The notes beneath the pieces were generated by a model. The model did no database searches and was not told the origin of the DNA. It saw only the letters and a list, made by a program, of their open reading frames with translations. From Catajapyx aquilonaris (taxonomy: Eukaryota): a stretch of 64,000 bases of DNA. Every line of letters begins with the position of its first letter. Position 1 is the first letter of the stretch. Of the stretch, positions 9,093-23,631 are shown in pieces. The translations under genes and the position numbers were made by a program. The DNA is taken from NCBI GenBank assembly GCA_000934665.2, contig KZ538452.1:1-64000 (forward strand), given 5' to 3'.

Positions 9093-12000
9093 TTAAGGTA
9101 TTCTCCATTATCTGGCTTATCACCGAGTCCACATCTCCTCCTACCACAAAGTGACGAAGCATTACAATTCGCTCAACTCTACGTAATAGACCCCACCAAA
9201 ACAATAGAAACATGCATGACTCAAATCCGAAATTTCCGCATAAGCATAGACCAAGTCTGCCACTTATTTAGGCGCACGGCCGCACACCCATTCAGAGTTT
9301 TCTCAAAACACAGTTTAAATGAGAATATGAGATATATCATCCAACTACTCATTAGGTGCTGATTTTAGGTTACCGGTACTTTTTATAAGCTTGCAAGGGG
9401 GACTGGCTTGTATTCTGGGTTCTGTCATTGATGTGAGATGACAATATTGTTCCAATGGGCCATTCCCAATCGGAAACACTCTTATGCAGTTCAGAGCTTG
9501 AATGGATGATTACGTTTGGCATAATATTAGTAGGCTAACTGATACTTTTGATGTTCATGGGAAGGACACTATTAAGGTCCTTCCGATGCGCACCAATCCT
9601 GTCTCCGGAGGTAGGCCGCCCCTGCCTATGGCTCATCCGCGACCTCCTGACAAAGTCTCAGGCCATCGTTAAAAACCACACCCTCCTGCCGCCAAAATTT
9701 CACCTCTTTCAAAATGACATACTCTGACGTCGGATTCGATATTGCCAACTTCGAAAACCCAACATTCCCAATTTTATTGCGGAAACAACAAATACTATAG
9801 GCCTACTTCCAACTTTTCTCTGAAATAGGAAGTGCACAAAATCCTTTCACAGAATATTCAAAATTCAATAATTTTTATTTTATACCGTAGTCCTTGTGTT
9901 CGTTGGGTGGTAGGTGTTGTCATTTTGCAAATAATTCAAGGTCGTGATAATTACATTTTATTAGAAGAATACATGATCAAAGAACCCAGTTTTCGTCTTG
10001 TATGGTCGATTACTTACCGCACACCTGTCGTATGCAACAGTCCATTAATTGGATTAGTTGGAAAACTCTGCCTGCTCTCATAGTCTAGTAAGTGACCAAA
10101 CTGGTATTTGCGTAGGCCATAGTATTCAGCACTTATATTCTTCAGAGAGTTCGCAACCGAGTTCCCAATCTTAAATCCTTGAGATTAGGACACCGCATAC
10201 TGCGCATTAGTCAAGATGCGCCATTTCATGGAGAGACAAATGCATGGAATGTTGGGCAGCTCTCGACCATTGCAACCAAGTTCTGTCTGAGAAGTTCGCA
10301 AGTCACACCTAAGCGCTGGTGTTTTGACAGTCGAAGCTGGGTGAATTGACAAGAAGGTAAGGGATGACAACATATTTTGGGCCATATGGGATAAAAAAAG
10401 GGCTGGCAGAGCCATGGCAAATTCTGGCAAATTTGTGTCATCAGTGGAGTCACTGATATTTTGATACCCGAATAGAGCTGGAATTGTTCAAAACAGGCAA
10501 CGTAGGTTTTCGTACAATAGGCCTACAGGCACCATTGTGTTGTCGACGCAGATATGTAAGGAATGCACAAAAGCACGGGTGATGTAGCCTGCATGCTTCT
10601 GAGAGTTCCAGATGTGGATGTCTGAAATCAATGGAATGTTGATTTAATTTAATAATGTTACTACCAGAAATAATTAAGTGGAGAAACTCCCTGAGCAGAA
10701 CAAATGAATGAATCTGTATGCTAACCTGATAATAATATGTAATTATTAGTAACATCTTTGAAGCAAAGTTCTATCATCGAGAGAATGGCTCATTTTGCTA
10801 TGTAATCCATGGTATGAAATGCAATTGATTGCGTGTACTTCGAATTCTGGTACGTGAAATAGTTAACATTTTTGCTGATAGTGCCACCTCCGTTTTCATT
10901 ACAATTGGCCTCCCACGAGGCAGGTGGCACCATCTGCTGGCTAGAAATGAAACTACAACCGACACCAGTAGGACCATTATTATAAACGATCCCCGGCAGT
11001 TTCAAATCATGAAGCCAATGAAAGCATTTGTGTCCTCGTTGGTGCAACAGTTGAAACATGTAGATCAGGAGTTGTTTTGACGATCGATTTTTCAATTATT
11101 TCATAAGGAAGTAAAGCATTTGGTGATGTTGACGTAGTCTACTGGATCGATACCTGGTTTGAAACTTGTATGATGTGCTTATGGGACGTTTTGGCTCATT
11201 ACTGTAAATATTGCAATCTGGAAATTTTATTCATGTGGTTTCACCTCTGGTGTTATGAATATTAGATTTCCGCTGTGACACGGTAGGACACAAAGTAGTC
11301 TAAACTATAGGGGAGGCATTCTACAAAACTGCAATACTTGAAACATGAGTACCAGGCATCTACTGTGCAATTCTTGCCAACTGATTTCAAGGCTGTTAAA
11401 AACATCACGTGAACCTTTTGTTTATTAGGCCAAATTTATTGAAAATACAATATTTTCTGATATACCGTATACATAGGATAATTATACTTTTGTAAGCTCA
11501 TACTGATAGTCTATCTGATACATTCAACGCACTTTGTCATAGCGCCTGACACAGGGACACTTGTCTTTGACAAACTCGCTCGAATCCTCTAAGACATTAC
11601 TGAGACTTACTAAGACTTAGACTAACTGTAATTATTACTTTTTATGCTACAGAAATACGGTTGTAAATCCTACACTGCATCTAAACCTAAATTTTGTCAT
11701 GTACAAGTTAGTTTTCCCAGAATGATACACTGGCACTTGTTTCCCACATTCTGCCAGCATGAAAAATTGAATTTTGCCTCAGATATCTTACATTAAAGAG
11801 ACCATCTTCTCTTTCGTAATGATTTATGGCTATAAAAACTCGACTGTCATTAAAAATGAGTTTTGATTTATCGGTCACTTCTACATAACAGAAGAGTGGC
11901 GTGGTATAATTAGAGCCCATTACGATTCAAATGGCTTGAATAAGGAGAACGACTCATGAATTTTAACCCATTTATTCCCAAGGTTGATCTACAGTACTTG

Positions 12001-15000
12001 TGGTATTTTAATAATATTTTAAGTCGTTCATTAGAAGGCAGAAACTCAGAAAAAATAGCTCAGCGTAAATTTATAATTTCAACAAAAGTTACAAGGCGCC
12101 CTATACACGTATAAGTTATAGAACGCTTGGACAATCCGTATATTTTTCTCTCCACTGCTCTCCACTCATTGCTTCACTTTATATGCAATGGAATGTGGCA
12201 ATTCTCACACTGAATGGTGCAGTGCTGGTAGCAATGATGGAATCGTATTATATCCCAATAATTCCGGTATTTCAGCCCATTATATCGAGTTTCATAAATT
12301 TCGAAAGCCTTTCTCTTTTTTCATCTTGGAAAGTGTGGGTCCCAAGTTACACTATGTAACACCTGGCTATATACAAGGTGATCTAATATACTTGTTCGAT
12401 TGCTGTGGCTGTTGTTGGCACTAATCTACATAATTTAAGCAGTTACTTGAATGGGTATCAAATGTGTTAGTGGATTGTCAAGTGGATTGTAGGACACCAT
12501 TGTTTCCCTCACTGCCATTCGCCACTCATAAAGGCCAACCATATAAATATTTTATGGTAGCTTCCCACAACCTTTCTTGCACACAGTCACACACTGCATT
12601 TATTTTTCAAAGATGTAGAAGTAAGTTAAGTTATTTATAATTCAAGGAAATAGTTACTCAATCGCGCCAGTTCTGAAATTGGAATTTCCCCAAATTCAAC
12701 TTGTAATAATTATTGGGGCCGATGAAATCACTGAAATGTGATGTACTGAATTTTCCCACTTGATTAGACTTTCATGAAGTGGTTCAGCTTGCTTATTCTG
12801 TTATTTATATGCACAACTTCAAGAAATAATTTTTCCCAACCCTCCTATGTACTGTACTGTGTAGGACGCTGGGGACAAATTAATTGGTTTAACTCGTTAA
12901 AGGATCCCAGTGAAGCCAGTGATAATTTAACCTATTTATGGCTCCTCTTCATGTACGTTATTTAAACTTTTTTTTACAGAATATTCGAGGCATTTTCACT
13001 GTGCCCTATCAGTTGGGATAGGCCATATTGCACCAAGTTACTCACTCATTCACCTACCTGAAATATTAGGTCCACATCAAGTTGTCATTTGCGTACGAGT
13101 CACGGAGTCAAAATATATTCATGACTACTGTACAGTATATGTCCAGTTAGAAATATTATGGATGATGTTGCTAACACTCTGAAAATTGATCTGTAATTAC
13201 CTACGCTTAGCGGCACCAGGAATTTCCAATACCATTAAAATACCTGACTTATATACGGTCCTTATTTGAAAGTGTCTTGATATCACTCCCCATATTCAGT
13301 GTAAACCAGATAACAAGGCGAAAAATAGGAGTGCACATCATATGGTCCTAGCCTAAAATTCCATTGGAGCAGCATGTATTATCGACTGGCGGAGAACTTT
13401 ACCAAGTCAAATTTTACGAGTTGGAAGTTTAGTTCCAGTTGGCACGACGGGTACTGCAGGGCAACAAAAGGGTCATAAAATAATTCCGGCTGAAACTTGT
13501 GCCGTACGTAATGGCTCCTCCTAAGGGTCCCCAGCAGCCGAGTGTAGCGGTTATTGACAAACACGACTCTGCATTTTGCCCAAACTGCGTGCTTCTTGGG
13601 CCAACTTCTCTGGGATATGCAAGGAGGTCGCTTGCCCAAATTACCTCTAGTGTTTTCTTAACGGGATGAGTCGCAGAAATGCTAATGAGGACCTTCCCAC
13701 AACTTGCCAATCTCCACCGGGCTCTTTTCTGCTTCTTTTTTTGGTGGGGGGAGGAGGAGTAGGAGGAGGAGGAGGAGGGAAGCATCCCTTCAGAAGTTTG
13801 CCAGTAAATAGAGTTAGATATCAAAAACTGCTGACAGTTATTTCAATGCAGTTTTTTGGGTGCTGGGTCTTAAGTGATATTGCTTGGTTGAGATGATGAT
13901 GTGGGACACTTCGCCTAAAAGCAGGATCTTCGTCAACGTCCTGGAAAATTTCCGAGGTAATAACGAGCTTAGGATGCCTTTGACGCTAACCAATGTATAC
14001 AAAACTGTTCGTTTAGCTAACTTTCTTGAACATGTACCAAATCCACAGTTTATAAGTGAGCCTCAGATAGAGTAGAGGGGACATGGGAGATCAACACAAT
14101 TATCAATGTGAAAAATCATCTCATAATTTATTTGCAACGCCTTTTTCCTAATTTTAGAAAAACCGTGAAAAATATAATTTACAGCAGTTAAAAGAACAAC
14201 AGGGTACAACCAAAGTCTGCACCTTGATACTTATTGCAAGACTATTAAATGACAAGAGCAGTGGGGATGACCCCCTCGATAAATTGCATGCAACTCTGAG
14301 ACATGCACGAATAGAAGGTAATGCCAGATAATGGGTATTTACTGTAATTTATTCAAATTACGCTCTTTCGCCAACTTCATGTGTCATCACATTAGAGCGA
14401 TAGTCTTCATTTAATTGCCAATTTGTCTACTGATGCGAAGCATTTGTTGCCCATGTATAGCTCATCCCCGCTGCTTATTGACTCGACCGAGTCGCTAAAT
14501 TAGGATTATGCTGTTAAAACTATGGGATGTTCCTAGAATCAAATTGGAAATAAGGCAGACGCTTTGCAAACAAACATAAAGAATAAATAAAAAATATAGG
14601 CATATATATCACATGGTCAGCAGTGTGGTGGGACTAGGCAATTCTTTTTAAATGAGGTGAAATAGACTACCAAAATTGCAAAAAAAAGCCGCTGACCACG
14701 TCATTTCAAACTTATACCATATAGAGTATCAATGAAAAATAAATCAGTCGTCGTGCAACTAATCGGTAGTTTTTGTTTGGAACGCCGCGAAACGTGATTC
14801 AATCGGCATGCTCCAAGTGAACACTGGGTGGGGGCAGCAAAAATGCTAAGGGGGGGGGGGGAGAAAAACAATTCAAAAGATGAACAATAAAGCATTTGGT
14901 AGGGTAGAGGACTTGGGTATGGGGGTGGGAACAACTTGGCAATCTCGAATTGAGTGCTAGTACATGTAGCCAAGTTTTCTCCAGTAATATACTATGGTCC

Positions 15001-17624
15001 AGTGGGAAGGAAAATGCGGTGAAAGAAGAAAGTTGAAGTGAGGAGGGCAGCACAAGGAGAACAATCGCAGCCTGTATTTTTTCCCCCCTTTTTTGGCCTG
15101 TTCTCCAGTCCTCTTTTTCGGCAAGTTGTCGAAAGCAATTTGCCGCGAGGTTCGAATCTATAGATGAGCATTGCAGCCGAACAAATCCTACCAAAATGGC
15201 GACTGCCTTGTACAGTAGATTTGAACCAGGAAAGGCATGTAGGAGTTCCAAGCTGTAGTGTTGAAAGGATCCGAAAGAAATAGGTATTACTTACAATAAG
15301 TTGGGATATGGAGGGTGGGGGGGTTCGCGCACCATTCAAGAAATACGACTAGAAAGTGGCGAAAAATTCCAATTGGGCAGGAAGATTCAACAAGAGTGTG
15401 CCAGTCAGGTTTTTTTTGAATGGGAGGTGGGATGTCCTGGAAATATGCTACACATTTTGGTGATTATTTTGAGACGCTCTGGAGCAGAAAAACAAAAACG
15501 ACACTTATCTACCTGCATTTCGGGTCGAAGTGCCACTTTATCGTATTGGTACAGCATGTAAGGGTCACTTGGACAAAAATTCATGGCAGATTTATGTTTT
15601 GCTATTCCACAATATTCATACTAGGATATCCAGAAAATCCCTCCAACAGTTGTGTTTGTATAACAATTCAATAGTTGTGGCTGATGGAATGATCAAAAGT
15701 TGTCAAAGTCATATTTAAACACACGAACCACAGGCAACCATGAATATTATGAATAGCATATCTTCATTATTATTAATTTTCGAGATTATAACTTATAAAA
15801 ATGCCAGACGTTTGGAGGGATTCAATGAATCACTTGTATATGGTACCTTAAAGATTGCAAGAAAACTTTCTGGTGGCTTTCATCATATCGCAGTTTGAAT
15901 TGTGCAGTAAAGAGAACAAACTATGGCCTCTGACTGAGTGATGATTATGGTCAAATCTGTACTCTCTTCACTGCCACAGTTTGCAGATATGATTGAAGCC
16001 TTAGCAAAGGGACATTAGTTTTCTCCCTGAACCAGACACACCACTTGAACAAAATTACTACAAGCCTGAATGATGTGCTTGTCACATAGCTTGCTACGGC
16101 CATGAACCTTTGGATCCAATGAGCACCCCATTGTTGACAGTGACAATGATTTTTTGGGCGGGTTGTGTTTCATACTCTGTTAATTTCTAACTATTGCTTG
16201 ACAGCCCCGGAAATGGTTGCTACCACAAGTACAGTATGCACAGTAGGTTCTTGGGGGACTCGTTCATGCCATCGACTGACAGATACTAGAGTACCAAGTT
16301 TTTTTTAGGTGGGGGGAGGAGGGATGATGGGAATTGTAGGGAGGAGGGAGATGGGGCTAACGGTTGTGTTACAGTAGTTGAAGCGCACACTTTTCCTCTT
16401 GTGTTATGAAATTGATCACCTAAACATTCACAAAATAATCTACTGTACAACAAAGAGTCGTGTTGGTCGAAACCTTGGCAAAAAGCATGTGACTCGAATA
16501 TTAACTTTTTTTCTTTACAATTATAGTAACTCTTTGATTCTTTACCATTATAGTTGGTGACTAGAATCGATTTCGCGGAAAAATGCTCTTTCCACTGTGA
16601 ATACCCCTGCCCATAAAGCGTCCATACGGGTCTCACAAGCTCCGGCGAAAAAAATACACTCGACCTTTCTTTGAAACAATTGAAAAATCTTTTCTGGATG
16701 TACCCTGTTCACCTTGGATGAGGTAACCGTCTATATGTCCTCTGGGAGAAGGTGGCAGGGAGGGACTATCCCAGGGGACAGTTATGCTCCAATAGCTATC
16801 GACCACCATGTCTTCGTGATTTTCCCGCTCGCACGCCGGTTTCCCATCATCGTCGTTAAAACTGCTACCACTTTCCATTCCTGTTATTCTTTGGTACACT
16901 GCAGAGGTCACTTTGTTCCAGTTTGGTAGTTGTCTAGACTCGTGTCGAACATCAATTGGGCTTGACAAGACAGATCTGAAAAGAGGTTTTGCATTAGTCA
17001 AGGGCGTGTAGTAGTACGCGCTTACATGTGTAATTCAACAGGGAACACGCTTTGTGCATTTGGTTCAAGTAGGTTTATGGACCTAACAGGTGCTGGGAAT
17101 ACCTGCCAATGAACTAGAGCCAAAGGCACACCGCTCTCAATGTACTGCTGTATCACAGATGAGACAGTACACAAGGTTGCTCATGCATGTTTAATGAGGA
17201 TTTCCTTCGTGATTTTCTCATGATATGGTTCATTGCATATAATTAGGTCAGTCAGCTTACAACTAGAATTTACCGTATAATTATGTGCTCACTGTAATTA
17301 TGGCTCTTTACTTCAAAACATGGTCGCTACAGACCCAGCCTCAAGAGCAATTTTGAGATGCTTACTACTGTAAATGTTGAAGCATTGGCAACAATATTTT
17401 GGATCCGACATAGTTCACGTTGCTCAGGGCGACACCATCCATCACAAATGAATGTGTGTGACGCCAAAAGAAGCAATTTTGTGGAGCGAGCCAGAGAACG
17501 AGAGGCCTCTAGTCCACTTTCGCTTTGGTACACCTTATTGGAGGTAGTGGGCAAGGATCTTGATATCAGCCATTTTGCTCACCATAGGTTGCACCCCTCA
17601 GAAGCCCGCAAGAGTCGGTGGCCC

Positions 17625-17707
17625 TCATAAACTTGAGACGAGTAAAGACAGCAGAGCGAGGGCGGCAGGCAGCCAAAAGACAAGATGTGGCCTTCCGGCG
17701 CCGTCTA
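17625..17707 (-). CDS. Beat-related Ig protein, last coding exon (GPI-anchor-signal-like C-terminus)
   Basis: Strong acceptor (ctaaccttgtcttgtttgttgcag), phase 1. Encodes (V)DGAGRPHLVFWLPAALALLSLLVSSL*: small residues D-G-A, a short spacer, then a hydrophobic tail running to the stop. Linkage to the upstream exons is inferred from phase and protein architecture. Confidence 0.72.
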
Positions 17708-18699
17708 CTGCAACAAACAAGACAAGGTTAGAATTTATTTCAACTTTTCCTTGAACCCCAACCAACATGCAGTTGCAAGGGGTACCAAAAATCACTTTCA
17801 AATTGCCCTGGTAATTTCGTAATAATGCGTAATTTGCGAGTCCCATGGATATGTGAATTGGCTATTATGTGAAATAAGCGTAGAGCTAAATGGCAGCCAG
17901 TAAACACGTAACAACAAACAAAATCCGATTACACATCCGATACATATCACAGCCTGCGGGTTACTTTTGCCCTTGAGAGCCCCTCCTCAGAAATGAATCA
18001 GGCACGTTTGGATGTGACATCCTGTATTTGCAATAGGAACACACGTGCTGGCTGAGCCATCCAAAAGGAGGTGTCGGGGGTTTGGTAACCTTGTCGCATC
18101 ATCAGTTGGTCACGTCCGTGTGCAGCGAAATCCCTGGCAGGAAAGTCGTTGCCACAACGTCCTGAGAAGTGTAACAGGTGTCGCATTCCACACTGAATAC
18201 AGAAGAGCTAATCTCCGAGGAGGACGAGCTAAAGTGATTGTGGTTAAGAGAATACCGTAGGCAGGCGTCTTACCAAAAAGGCCTTAGTAGACAGTTGAGG
18301 TTGAGGAGAGGGGGAGGAGGGGGGCAGGCTTAGACTCGGCTCTGGAAGAATGGGTCAATTTGATGTAGTCTAGCTTGCTTCCGGGAGGATGTCACCCACT
18401 GTTCCTTATAACGGGCTTTGTTCTTACCGAGACGTGCCCCTCAATTAATGCAGGATATGCCATCTCTGTTATGGCTCAGATACCAAGAAGTCGTACAAAG
18501 TCAGAAGGAAGTTCAATGTGTAGTTGCTACTCATCGTACCATAATTTTATAAATGTCAACCCTTTTGATGAAATGGGCATTAGCAATATATTAGTTCTAC
18601 TACTGGGTCGTTATATGAAAATATGACAAAATAAAGTAACGGATAAAAGGTGAAAATCCTAGCAATATTGTAATTACATGTCGGCGTTGCCATAAATAA

Positions 18700-19197
18700 T
18701 ATAATAATAATTTATTGTAACTTGTACATACAGTAGTACAGTGAGACCATATTTTTGAAACGCCCGGGCCCACGGGCAGGATGACGGGAGGGGATGTGCA
18801 AGGTGCAGTGCAATGTCTCATGTGTGGTTGTTTTGTGAACTCCCTCGGGTGGTTTGTCTATTTTTTTGCATTACCCCACGGGGGGAGCTACCTACTCCTT
18901 AGGGGGGGGGGGGAATACCACCATTGGGATTTATTTGCGAATTAAGAAGATCTTATTAGTTACTCCAAGGGTAATGTAGGAGGGGATGTGCAAAGTGCAT
19001 GTGCGCTGTCGTTAATTGGTCATTTTTGTGAACTCCCCCGGGTGGCTTAGTCTGTCGGAAATTGCCACCCGAAATGAAGCCAGAGATGGCCCAACTCTGC
19101 ACGGATAAAGGTGCTGGGAACCCCGGGTGGGGATCGAACCCGGGACCTTAATATCCGTGGGCGCATACGTTACCGCACCACCACTCCGCCTCCCTTT
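18700..19197 (-). mobile_element. tRNA-derived SINE, apparently full length, with 16-bp TSD
   Basis: TSD GCGTTGCCATAAATAA at 18684-18699 and 19198-19213. Head GGGAGGCGGAGTGGTGGTGCGGTAA...GGTTCGATCCC (B box at 19140-19130). Short (TTA)n tail near 18700-18712. Internal ~65-bp duplication at 18788-18853 and 18979-19045. Confidence 0.85.
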
Positions 19198-21772
19198 GCG
19201 TTGCCATAAATAAGTAACGCTCGCTTCATCCGTAATTAGAGTTCCGCAATTAATATAATTACCTAGCCTATTTATTGGCGCAATATTTAACATCAATCGT
19301 CCTAATTGCTGTGGGCAGAATCTGGCTGCATTTCACTGACATTCTGTTGACATTCGAACATGACTCGACACCCATCCCACTCTCCATCACCCCATCGTGC
19401 GGTTGAAACAATTGAATCATTGTTGAAATGGCGCAATTTTGGATTGTGTTTTGGGGAAAAAAAAGCCCCCAGTTTTTTGTGGCAATGGAAGTGTAGGGGA
19501 GAAGCCACTTCTCGGCTCGCAACTGGCAGGGATAGGAACAAATTGAGGGATTCTGATGTTAAGACGGGGAAGACCAGACCAAAAGACGTGCTTGGACTCC
19601 AGACTAAACCGGACTTTTATATAGGCTTGGACAGGGAGTATAAAAAGTACTGAAATGTAGCATTTATTGTCCCAAATTAGCAGCAACATTAAAGTACTCT
19701 AACTGGTGTTGAATGCCTAATTGCATGAATCAAACTGTGAAATTTTGATACTATTATTGAGGCTACTCGTGGAATAGAAAACCGATATCACAGGTGTCAT
19801 TTTCTATAACGACCTCTTGCTACTCTACACCCAATTATCCGCTTTGAAGTTCTGGTTAATAGCTTATTGTCAACATGACCTTTTCTGTACACTATTGCTA
19901 CTATCATATATCAGTCCTGATTTAACACAATCATTTCGGTAACAAAGGACCAGAAAGAACTGGGGCGTTCTCTGACCAACCCTGTACTCATCTCCAGGGT
20001 TCCTCTAGCGTGCTAGGCTCATGTGTGAGTGCTGCTGAGATTACACTGTAGTGGCTTAACAAGTGAGAATGTACCAAGTCCTGAGCATTACGTGTCTTGA
20101 ATAGTGGCGCACTCCTGACTAATGCACTTTGGAGCCTACCGAAACAATGACAGAGGACCCGCAGGCTTTCTCCGGAGACGGTTTTTTTTCCCTTTTGGAA
20201 GAACGGGGTGCACGCTTCTTGGAAAAAGAAGAAACACCGGAAGAGGCAACTAGCATGGCTCCAGTGTCCGCAGCCCGGGCTTTTTTTAACGAAGGAAAGG
20301 GATAGCCGTAGTGTACGTGCGATGAGTGAAGAAAAAGAGGGAAGTGCCAGATATTGTTAGGCTAGGGATTTTCCACCTTTTTTTGTGTGTTCCACGAGTA
20401 TTTCTGGAACAAGTAAAAAAGGGTAAGTTTCAACCTATTCTTTTGAGGTTAATCTCTCAGTCAGCAGAGCAGGCGTCCACATCGTTACCACAATGTGACC
20501 CAGCATGATGTGGAAGGATCACCTTCCGACACCGCCATCTGGCGTGTAATGGATTTCCCGGTTTCACTAGCAAATCGTCCGTTATGAAGGGCGGGGAAAA
20601 AAAGCGCGGTTTCGTCACCGACGCTCATCCACAACACGCGTCGGTTGCCAGGCTTGCTTGATTTACTGCCAAAGTTGCAAGGCAGATTGCATACAAGCAT
20701 ACGTCTTCCTTTCATTACATCCTCATTCATCCATCTCCTCCCTTTTTACTCCCCCATCTCGTGTCGCTCTGGGTAGACTAATATATGGGACGAGTCACAC
20801 TGGACTCGAATAAGTAACGACACTTCTAGTGGGCTAGATAAAGGTTAACAAGTTGACATATTTTGTAGGCAGATGCAGGAATGAATAGGTTCAAAATGTG
20901 TCACCAGTTCAAATTATAATCTGCAGATTAGAGGCGACTTGGTTGAACAATCATTACCGAGGTTTACGGACCATTATTATACCGCGGACCTATCGAGTAG
21001 GATAATCTCTATCGGTGGGCTATATTGGTGGTCCATGCCATACTCATTTCCACATCTAGGTGCTATACGGTACATAATGACACACTGCTGTTTATCCTAA
21101 CTTGAAAGGGCTACAAAAAATATGTAACACGGCTCGTTGGTTTAGATGTGTCTCGTCTACAAAGGAAAATTCTTTAATGATGTAATGTAATGAAATGGGA
21201 AAGAAACATACTCCGTGGGTGTAAAAACAAAGGGGCTGGACCTTCTACACATGATATGTCAAAAAAACACAATCGCATGGGAATATGCTTAAAATGTGTG
21301 TTTTAGTATATGTGCCTATGCGCATGCATTTCCTGTTCCTTTATACATTATTTATAGTCTGAATCACGCACATTTATGTAAATGTAAATTGATGCATATT
21401 TATTATTGACATCCGCCTACTTGGCTACTCTTCGGACAAACAAATAATATCTTAATTATGCACTTTACCAACCTAACTATTGCACATTTAAGGTGTTTTG
21501 TATAGTTAATCCTCGCTTTAAATACGACACTTACAACATGTCTCAACATCAACATGATTTGACCCAAGCCTAAAGTTTGGGTTAATCTCGGTAAATTACG
21601 GCACAACTGTTGACATTTAGAATCCCGCAACTCATCAGTGTTGTGGAAAATTTATAGCACCCCCCCCCCTCCACCCCCTACAGAAAGGTGGCCGGAAGTC
21701 CATCCTGGCAACGCTTAGGGCTCAAATTAATACTCCCCATCTCCCCGGTCCCCTCCTCCTTCCAACCCTCAC

Positions 21773-21838
21773 TAGTTCTCTCGGGAGCGATAATATCCAG
21801 TGGGTCGTCAATAATGGAAGGTTCCAGCATTTGATCGC
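21773..21838 (-). CDS. Candidate 66-nt stalk exon of the Beat-related gene
   Basis: Acceptor catcttctctgcag, donor gtgagg, phase 1-1, open frame (G)DQMLEPSIIDDPLDIIAPERT. No transcript evidence. Confidence 0.35.
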
Positions 21839-22720
21839 CTGCAGAGAAGATGCCAACCACCCAGAAGGAGGCTGATGAGGGGAAAGGCATTGCCCAAGAA
21901 TCCTTCATTAGGGAAATTAGGCGTAAGGCAGGACTTTTCAGAGGGGTTTCCCGAAGCTCCGACGGAGATATTCTCGGCATCTTATAAGGTATATGCAGGA
22001 GCATCCGACGACCTGCAGGTCTCCGACTAATGAGAACTCATCGGCCGGGATTAGGCAAATGTTAAGGCGGCCAATGATAGGGGGCCCTTTGCAGATAGCG
22101 TTTACGTTGGAGATGATCGCGTAAAAAACTTAGTTATTTCCTAGGTTGTGAAAATTGCTTCAGCGGTGGTTGTCGGCAGCTGGAGGTTTTAACACCTTGC
22201 TGAGTTGTGGAGGGAAATGTTTCGGCACTATTTCAAGCCTGATATTTCTCCGGGACTAATTTGTGTCGCTTTGGATGTTACGACTGAGGCGATCTTAATG
22301 CAAAACGACTCCATAATATCGTGTAATAATTAAATTTTGGAACACTGTTCATGCCACTGCATTGCCATCAATAGTCACTTGGCCAAATTAAATGTTCATA
22401 TTAAGCCATAATGCCTTGTTCATGAATTATAAAATCATTAGGATACCATTTCCAACGGAGATTGAAGATAGGTGGTGTTGACAACAACTGGAATGGTTGT
22501 AAGTCGAGATGTTCTAGAGCTGTGAAATTTATGGCAAATATACAGGGTATTCCAATTGAAATGTACATTTTGGTAGCGATTTTCTGGCACTAAGCGGTGA
22601 TAATGCAGCATTGTACAGTGACAAATTCAGTACATAAATATTGAAATGAAACAAATAATTTTTTGAATGATTTGATATAATGTAGCAATCTTGCTCTTGT
22701 ACTGTTGGAAATATGTTATA

Positions 22721-23281
22721 CAGGGTGTTTCTCAGTATTTTCATCAGTCCAGCAGAGTATTTGGGGGGGGGGGGGGGNGGGGGGGCAAAAACAAGCCAAA
22801 AATGTATGGGGAAGAAATGTGGAGGGACCAACCGGTGACGAGGTAGACGACCAGACACATTGGCCTGTCCCTAGACTCACACTGCACCCTTCTGTAGGGA
22901 GATCCCTTGACAGGTGGACTCTCGTACTTACAGTGGTTGCCTACAGATCAGGATATGAGGGTGATAATCGTGACAGCGAAAGAAGAGACCTCGAAAAATC
23001 GCATCCGTAATGATTATTATCACGTTCATATCCTGATCCCTAGGTCACAAGTGTAATGTGAGCCATATAGGATCGTCATAGGATCTGCCTACAAGGAGGT
23101 GTGGTGTGTTGCCGCGCATGTCTAGGGGCAGAGAAATGTGTCAGGTCTTCTAGTGATCTAGTTCATCACCAGTTGGTCCCTCGACATTTCTCTCCCCTAC
23201 ATTTTTGACTTGTTTTGGGCCATCAAGTACGCTGATTGCCAAGCTGATTGCCGGGACGACCTACTAGTAAGAAACACCCTG
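22721..23281. mobile_element. MITE (TA-flanked, CAGGGTG termini), imperfect hairpin over most of its length
   Basis: CAGGGTGTTTCT.../...AGAAACACCCTG with TA on both sides. Internal arms pair, e.g. CAAAAATGTA..GAAATGTGGAGGGACCAACCGGTGACGA with TCATCACCAGTTGGTCCCTCGACATTTC..TACATTTTTG, and GATCAGGATATGA with TCATATCCTGATC. Confidence 0.82.
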
Positions 23282-23631
23282 TATACAGTATACTAGCTCA
23301 CGAAGAGTACGAGCTCTTCCGTCCTTACAAATGGCTCTCAAAATTTCGCAATGAACCCGTACGTGAAGGACATACTTTGTAAACTAGCTGTAGGGATTGC
23401 ACTGCAAGGGACTCTTGAATATAGGCTTACGATATTTCTGACCAAAATCACCCATGGCAACTGGGTGATTCCTCGGAAAGCTAGACTGTGTGAGACTGCT
23501 CATTAACACTAATTGGTTGCATAAGGATCACGCTGATCTAAAAACGAATGTGTTTGAAAACACTCCTCTTCCAAATCCCCCTGGCCCACCCAATGATTCA
23601 TTATCGTGATAGGAAATTTATTAATTATGAG

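Noticed and set aside
16633..17001. 122-aa minus-strand ORF with an acceptor-like site
   Set aside because: No recognisable domain, no compatible upstream exon, and it lies downstream of the inferred stop codon.
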